Below, piece after piece: positions 58,655-64,000 of a stretch of 64,000 bases of DNA (positions are counted from its first letter, which is position 1; each line of letters begins with the position of its first letter). Under the pieces are notes generated by a model, which did not search any database, was not told the DNA's origin, and was given only the letters and a program-made list of their open reading frames with translations. Source of the DNA: an uncultured Mycoplasma sp. (GTDB taxonomy: Bacteria; Bacillota_I; Bacilli_A; RF39; UBA660); NCBI GenBank assembly GCA_947646115.1, contig CANSFH010000002.1, forward strand, positions 27,806-91,805, in the 5' to 3' direction. Position numbers and translations under genes: made by a program.

Positions 58655-59413
58655 CTAGCATAAATCTCTAAATATCTTAAAAATAGAATTTAAACCATTA
58701 AAACAAATATTTTTATAAAGGAAAGAGCATTCTCTCAAATAAATGTCTTGCACTAAATCATCCACATCATTTTTAACTTGATTGCGAATATCATTACTAA
58801 ATTTAGTAGTCTCGCGATAAATAATTTTTTTAATAGTTTTTAATCTTTTTTGAGGAATGTAATTTAATACTTCATTCACACCATTCCTATATAAAACAAA
58901 AAGATAAATAAAATCAGTATTTTCATCATAATTTTTATTTTGATATAAATTAATAAATTTTTTAACTTGATTATTACTAATTGCTAGTTTACCTTTTTTG
59001 TTTACTTTATCTTTTAAAAACCACACTATATTAAAAGCTTCTTTTTTTGAAAAACCTTTTTTGTATAATTTATTTAATGAAGCAAATTCTACATTTAAAA
59101 CTTCTGAAATTTCCGCAAATCTATATGTATTAGTTTTTTCCATCCATTTTATAAAATTAATAATTCTTTTTTTATTTTTAATATTTAAATGTTTTTTAAT
59201 AACTAAATTAATTATTTTGTTTAATTCCATATCTTCGTATTTTTTTCGATAATATCTTATTGAACTTAACACATTTTCATAATCTAACATTTCTTGTTTA
59301 CAATAACTATAAACTTTATAATTTTGATAAAAGTATTTTACCTCTCTATCAACTTTATTCTTTTCTTTTACTCCATTCATTTTTATCTCTCTTTTACTAC
59401 TTTTTTGTTTCAA
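58655..59413 (-). CDS. Hypothetical protein, possibly frameshifted at its 3' end
   Basis: 252-aa K/N-rich ORF. A further coding-like segment (...NDVNKKLRENCVSLDAEDNTGRCGYDYLTKYNNWY) continues in another frame over 58507..58650. Confidence 0.35.
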   Translation of the reverse strand: MKQKSSKREIKMNGVKEKNKVDREVKYFYQNYKVYSYCKQEMLDYENVLSSIRYYRKKYEDMELNKIINLVIKKHLNIKNKKRIINFIKWMEKTNTYRFAEISEVLNVEFASLNKLYKKGFSKKEAFNIVWFLKDKVNKKGKLAISNNQVKKFINLYQNKNYDENTDFIYLFVLYRNGVNEVLNYIPQKRLKTIKKIIYRETTKFSNDIRNQVKNDVDDLVQDIYLRECSFLYKNICFNGLNSIFKIFRDLC

Positions 59414-59594
59414 ATTTTTTAATAATTATTTCTTCCAAAATGAAAAAACAAACTATTTTATACCCAACTATAGCAATACTATATCATAACTACATAAAAA
59501 AATAAATATAATAAAATATAGTAAATAAAACATCTATTGTAGAAAAAGTATTTTTATGTTATAATACTTTTGCAAGAAAAAGGAATGATTAAAA

Positions 59595-59813
59595 ATGTTA
59601 GAAACAATTTTATTAATAGTATCTGTCTTAATAATCGCTGTTGTTTTACTTCAAGGAGCAAAAGCTAGCGATGGCAGTCAAATAATTTCAGGTGGTAATG
59701 AAACATTATTTCAAAATATGAAAGAAAGAGGATTTGAGTTATTTATTAGTAGATTTACTCTTGTTCTAGGAATTGCTTTCTTTATTATCTCTTTAGTACT
59801 ATTCTTAAAATAA
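59595..59813 (+). CDS. secG: Preprotein translocase subunit SecG
   Basis: 72 aa with two TM helices and the LLQGAKAS loop typical of SecG. Promoter TTGTAG-N16-TTATAAT upstream. Confidence 0.7.
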   Translation: MLETILLIVSVLIIAVVLLQGAKASDGSQIISGGNETLFQNMKERGFELFISRFTLVLGIAFFIISLVLFLK

Positions 59814-59816
59814 ACA

Positions 59817-59845
59817 GCTTGTAGCTGTTTTTTCTTTTATTTGTT
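59817..59845 (+). terminator. Terminator after secG
   Basis: aacagct-tgt-agctgtt followed by TTTTCTTTT. Confidence 0.6.
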
Positions 59846-59885
59846 TCATATTTATAATATAATAATAACAAGAAAGAGTGATTTT

Positions 59886-61271
59886 ATGAAATTATACAAT
59901 ACAGAGACAAGAACTATTGAAGAGTTTGTTCCATGGATACCAGGAGAAGTAAAAATGTATACATGTGGCCCGACTGTTTATAGTTATGCTCACATTGGTA
60001 ATTTAAGAACATATATAATGGAAGACATTCTTGAAAAAACTTTAAGAATATTAGGGTATAAAGTAACACGTGTTATGAATATCACAGATGTTGGCCATTT
60101 AAGTAGTGATGCTGATACTGGCGAAGATAAAATGGTTAAAAGTGCTAAAAAAGAACAAAAGACAGTATTAGATATTGCGCGTTTCTACACAGAAGCTTTC
60201 TTTAAAGATACTGAAAAGCTAAATATCAAAAAACCAGAGATAGTAAGTCCTGCTACTGAAAATATTGATGAATATATTAAAATAATTACAAAGTTATTAG
60301 AAACTGGTTATGCTTATAGCGCTGGCGGAAATATTTACTTTGATACCTCTAAATTAGATAATTATTATCGTTTGTCTAATCACATTGGTGAGGAACTTAT
60401 CAGTGGAGTACGTGATTCAGTTGAAGAAGACAATAACAAAAAAAATAAAACAGACTTTGTTTTATGGTTTACTAAATCTAAATTTGAAGATCAAGACCTT
60501 AAATGGGAAAGTCCCTTTGGTACAGGATATCCTGGTTGGCATATCGAATGTACTGGTATATCTTTAAAAAATCTTGGAGAGCATTTAGACATTCACTGTG
60601 GCGGTGTAGATAATATATTCCCTCATCACACTAATGAAATAGCTCAATCTGAAGCTTTTATTGGTCACAAATGGTGTAATTATTGGGTGCATGGAGAACA
60701 TTTAAATGATGCTACAGGAAAAATGAGTAAATCTAAAGGCCATGTTTTAACTGTGTCATTTCTAGAAGAAGAAGGATTTAATCCTTTAAGTTACCGTTTT
60801 ATGGTTTTACAAAGCCATTATCGCAAACAACTTACTTTTAGCTTGGAATCATTAAGTGGAGCTGAAAATGCTTATAAAAAACTTAAAAGACAAGTTTTAA
60901 ATCTACAAAATGATGGCGAAATAGATAATAATTTATTCGTCAAATATACAAATGAATTCAAAGAATATTTAAGCGACGACCTAAATACTGCTAATGCTCT
61001 AACTTTAATGTATGAAGTTTTAAAAAGTGAAACAAATGACTTTACTAAAAAAGCTATCATTGAATATTTTGACAAAGTATTATCTTTAGATTTAACTAAA
61101 ATAGAAGAAAAAAATATTGATAAAAATTATATAGAAGAAATGATTGCTAAAAGAAATGAAGCTAAAAAGAACAAAGATTTTACAACATCTGATGCCATAC
61201 GTGATGAATTATTAAGCCAAGGTATTATTCTAAAAGATACTCGTGAAGGCACAACTTATGAGGTAGAATAA
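59886..61271 (+). CDS. cysS: Cysteine--tRNA ligase
   Basis: HIGN (YAHIGNLRTY) and KMSKS motifs, plus the zinc-binding C...HxxC region. Start placed at MKLYNTE. Confidence 0.95.
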   Translation: MKLYNTETRTIEEFVPWIPGEVKMYTCGPTVYSYAHIGNLRTYIMEDILEKTLRILGYKVTRVMNITDVGHLSSDADTGEDKMVKSAKKEQKTVLDIARFYTEAFFKDTEKLNIKKPEIVSPATENIDEYIKIITKLLETGYAYSAGGNIYFDTSKLDNYYRLSNHIGEELISGVRDSVEEDNNKKNKTDFVLWFTKSKFEDQDLKWESPFGTGYPGWHIECTGISLKNLGEHLDIHCGGVDNIFPHHTNEIAQSEAFIGHKWCNYWVHGEHLNDATGKMSKSKGHVLTVSFLEEEGFNPLSYRFMVLQSHYRKQLTFSLESLSGAENAYKKLKRQVLNLQNDGEIDNNLFVKYTNEFKEYLSDDLNTANALTLMYEVLKSETNDFTKKAIIEYFDKVLSLDLTKIEEKNIDKNYIEEMIAKRNEAKKNKDFTTSDAIRDELLSQGIILKDTREGTTYEVE

Positions 61272-61906
61272 TGAATTTTCTAATTGAATTAGTCTTTTTA
61301 ATAGTTTTATTTATAATCTTAGTAGCTAATTTTGGTGTATACAAATTATACAAAAAATATAAAAATATACCTAATGAATCTTTAAAGTCTGGCTTTGAAA
61401 TAGCTCAAATAATATCCCAAGAATATTGCCATACAGAGCCCCATATTATTAAAAGAAAAGGTAAATTTTTAGATCACTATAAAGAAAATCGTAATGTTAT
61501 CAAACTTTCACCTGAAGTTTTTGATGGTACTGATTTATATTCAGCTTTTGTTAGTGCACATTTAGCATTAGAAACTGAAAATAAAGAGCAAAAAACTAAA
61601 GCTTTTAATAATTATGCTTCTTTTTGTGTATTGTTTTCTTATGTAATGCTAATAATTGGATCTTTTCTAAAAAATACTGGCATAATCCATTTTGGTTTAG
61701 TACTATTTATATTTTCATTTCTCTTAATTATTATTGCTAGTGAACTTTATGGCCGAAAAGAAGAAAATTTATCAGAAATATACAAATTTATTGAAGAAAA
61801 TGAACTTATCAAGCCTTCTGATGATGACATAAAAAATATTTTTATTATTTTAGCTATTATGCCACTAGCAAAACTTCCCTACGGTTTTATAAATTATTTT
61901 AAATAA
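61271..61906 (+). CDS. Small membrane protein, translationally coupled to cysS (TAATG overlap)
   Basis: 211 aa with an N-terminal TM helix and two central TM helices. The family is uncertain. A YugP-like Zn-peptidase was considered, but I see no HExxH. Confidence 0.4.
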   Translation: MNFLIELVFLIVLFIILVANFGVYKLYKKYKNIPNESLKSGFEIAQIISQEYCHTEPHIIKRKGKFLDHYKENRNVIKLSPEVFDGTDLYSAFVSAHLALETENKEQKTKAFNNYASFCVLFSYVMLIIGSFLKNTGIIHFGLVLFIFSFLLIIIASELYGRKEENLSEIYKFIEENELIKPSDDDIKNIFIILAIMPLAKLPYGFINYFK

Positions 61907-61909
61907 ATT

Positions 61910-61940
61910 AGACATTTTCCTAAATAAATGTCTTTTTATA
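61910..61940 (+). terminator. Terminator
   Basis: agacattt-tcctaaat-aaatgtct followed by TTTT. Confidence 0.55.
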
Positions 61941-62001
61941 TGCCAAAAAGACTTTAATTAACTCATATTTATTGATATAATTAAAAATAAGGTGATATTA
62001 T

Positions 62002-64000
62002 ATGAAACTAGAAGTAAATGGTTTTAATATCTGGAATATTATACTTGTAACTTTCGTAGCTAGTATGATTTTAGTTTTTTTAGTAAAGAAAGTTGCTGTT
62101 CAAATAAATGCCATGGATATACCAAATAAAAGAAAAGTTCATCAAAAACCTATTCCCCGTTTAGGTGGTTTAGCAATCTTTTTAGCATTTCTTATTGGAT
62201 ATATGTTTTATGGTACAATATCTACTCAAATGATTAGCGTATTAATAGGTGGGTTTATTATTATTTTAACTGGTATTGTAGATGACATTAATTCAGTACC
62301 AGCTAGATATAAGTTTTTTTGCCAAACAGTTGCTGCGACCATAGTAGTAGTTTATGGAAAATTATTTTTTACAAATATAACTATTTTAGGTTTCACTTTA
62401 GCATTTCCCAATTGGATTAATATGATATTATCAATTTTCTTTATAGTTGCAATAATAAATGCCATTAATTTAATAGATGGTTTAGACGGTTTAGCATCTG
62501 GAATTAGTTCAATTTACTTTTTAACTATTGCTATATTAGGTTTTGTTTTAAATGAATTAGGTGGTTTAGATATTATTTTATCTTTAATTATGCTAGGTAG
62601 TACTCTTGGATTTTTATTCCATAATTTCCCACCAGCAAAAATATTTATGGGTGACACTGGTAGTATGTTCCTAGGTTTTATGATATCAGTAATAGCTTTA
62701 CTTGGTTATAAAGTTGCTACTATAACATCAGTCATTATTCCAATAATTATTTTATTTATTCCTATATTTGATACTGTTCTAGCCATTATAAGAAGAGTTT
62801 TAAAAAAGGAATCAATTGGTACACCAGATAAGGAACATTTCCATCACCAACTACTTAAAATGACATCATCACCAACTAAAACAGTTTTAATCATTTATTT
62901 TATAAATGCAGTGTTTTCTGCAATATCTATTTTATTTGTTCTAGGTGACAATAAGCAAGCAATCGCAATATATATATTAGTAATGATATTCTTCTTATTT
63001 TTAGTACTAAAAACTAATATATTATTTGACCATAACAAAAGTAAAAATAGAAAAAACATCAAAAGTGAATTAAGCATAATAATTTTTATAATGAAAATAA
63101 AATTGCAAAGTTTAAGTTTTCGAAAAAAAATATATATCTTTGGAGCGCCAGAACACGGTAATTTAGGAGATCAAGCTATAATTTATGCTGAAAGACAATT
63201 TTTTAAAGATAATTTCAAAGCATATAAAATAATTGAAGTAGAATCATATAAGATCAGCAAATGTATAGATTTATTAAAGAAAATAGTAAAAACAAGTCCT
63301 ATATTTGTTCATGGTGGAGGGTTTTTAGGAACAATTTGGGAAGAAGAAGAAAAAATGTTTAGGATTACCATAAAATCTTTTCCTAATAACAAGATTATTG
63401 TAATGCCCCAAACTATCTTTTTCTCTAACGATGAAAAAGGGAGAAAGACCTTAGAAGAATCACAAAAAATATACTCTGCCCATAAAAATCTATTAATTTT
63501 ATGTAGAGAAAAATACTCCTACGATTTTATGAAAGAAAACTTTCCAGAATGTAATACAATATTAACACCTGATATGGTATTATATTTAAACTTTGACTTA
63601 AAAAAGGATACTGACAATAAAGTCCTATTTTGTATTAGAAAAGATAAAGAAAAAATAAATTATAATTTACAGGAAGCAGAAAACTACATAAAAGAAAAAA
63701 ATATGAATATTGTGTATACTGATACTGTCATTCCAAATCGTGTAAAACAACATAGCAGAAAGCAATTCTTATTAAAAAAATTAAATGAGATATCAAATAG
63801 TAAATTAGTAGTTACAGATCGTCTCCATGGTATGGTATTTTCGTTAATAGCCAAAACTCCATGTGTTGTTTTGGAAAATAATAGTTATAAAATAAAAGGC
63901 GTTTATAATTGGATAAAAAATATAAATTATATTAAACTTTCTCAAGAAAAAAACTTAATAAAAGATATAGAAGAATTATTAAATATTAATCCTATAGATA
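62002..64000 (+). CDS. TagO/WecA-family (MraY-like GT4) undecaprenyl-phosphate sugar-1-phosphate transferase fused in-frame to a polysaccharide pyruvyl-transferase-like domain (3' end beyond window)
   Basis: VHQKPIPRLGG, INLIDGLDGLA and DKEHFHH are the TagO/WecA motifs. From about residue 360 it reads IYIFGAPEHGNLGDQAIIYA...TDRLHG, which is CsaB/pyruvyl-transferase-like. I translated 62002 through 63999 by eye and found no stop. The ORF track omits it because it is incomplete. Confidence 0.65.
   Translation, partial: MKLEVNGFNIWNIILVTFVASMILVFLVKKVAVQINAMDIPNKRKVHQKPIPRLGGLAIFLAFLIGYMFYGTISTQMISVLIGGFIIILTGIVDDINSVPARYKFFCQTVAATIVVVYGKLFFTNITILGFTLAFPNWINMILSIFFIVAIINAINLIDGLDGLASGISSIYFLTIAILGFVLNELGGLDIILSLIMLGSTLGFLFHNFPPAKIFMGDTGSMFLGFMISVIALLGYKVATITSVIIPIIILFIPIFDTVLAIIRRVLKKESIGTPDKEHFHHQLLKMTSSPTKTVLIIYFINAVFSAISILFVLGDNKQAIAIYILVMIFFLFLVLKTNILFDHNKSKNRKNIKSELSIIIFIMKIKLQSLSFRKKIYIFGAPEHGNLGDQAIIYAERQFFKDNFKAYKIIEVESYKISKCIDLLKKIVKTSPIFVHGGGFLGTIWEEEEKMFRITIKSFPNNKIIVMPQTIFFSNDEKGRKTLEESQKIYSAHKNLLILCREKYSYDFMKENFPECNTILTPDMVLYLNFDLKKDTDNKVLFCIRKDKEKINYNLQEAENYIKEKNMNIVYTDTVIPNRVKQHSRKQFLLKKLNEISNSKLVVTDRLHGMVFSLIAKTPCVVLENNSYKIKGVYNWIKNINYIKLSQEKNLIKDIEELLNINPID

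Noticed and set aside
61271-61906. YugP-like zinc metallopeptidase call for the gene after cysS
   Set aside because: I found no HExxH motif in the translation. I downgraded it to an uncharacterised membrane protein.
62895-63077. 60-aa minus-strand ORF
   Set aside because: It is antisense to the continuous TagO-pyruvyl-transferase reading frame.
1-64000. CRISPR arrays, IS elements or prophage
   Set aside because: I see no regularly spaced direct repeats, no transposase, integrase or recombinase motifs, and no phage structural genes anywhere in the window.

Overview
This is a 64 kb window from a very AT-rich (about 27-28% GC) Firmicute. Sporulation genes (spoVT, spoIIR), a desulfoferrodoxin gene and an otherwise Bacillus-like gene order point to a strictly anaerobic spore-former, probably clostridial. 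I found no rRNA, CRISPR array, integrase or transposase.

The window is largely housekeeping core. It carries a T-box-led HAD hydrolase-metG operon, murA, rpmE, truA, rplM-rpsI, the origin-proximal array mnmE-GNAT-mnmG-rsmG followed by an orphan ParB/Noc-like gene, then secG and cysS. Short regulatory modules sit between them (XRE, TetR, PadR-DUF1700).

The items most worth a second look are:
(1) A roughly 580-nt ORF-free stretch at 14.8-15.4 kb with about 45% GC and visible stems. It sits behind a near-consensus sigma-A promoter and directly upstream of a 4-TM membrane protein. I read it as a large structured ncRNA, possibly OLE-like with an oapA-like partner.
(2) Two tandem catalytically dead EcfA-like ABC ATPases in the ecfA1/ecfA2 position upstream of truA, with no ecfT.
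(3) A tRNA-His gene flanked by accessory DNA. On one side is a PD-(D/E)xK nuclease plus DUF2075 SF1-helicase protein, which I take as a candidate single-gene defence, and a disrupted FAD/Rieske oxidoreductase. On the other side is a module of a family-4-like UDG, a P-loop kinase, a PIN-GNAT-ASCH three-domain protein and a standalone ASCH protein, followed by a dense cluster of Nudix, phosphoesterase, MBL and S51 hydrolases and a decayed gene.
(4) A 2H-phosphoesterase gene next to a LigD-type phosphoesterase-polymerase gene, with no ligase domain or Ku in the window.
(5) An MMPL transporter continuous in-frame with a signal-peptide-bearing coiled-coil module.
(6) An in-frame TagO/WecA-polysaccharide pyruvyl-transferase fusion that runs off the window end.
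(7) An unannotated 55-codon ORF translationally coupled behind a large surface protein.

All functional calls rest on motifs I could read in the translations. None was checked against a database.
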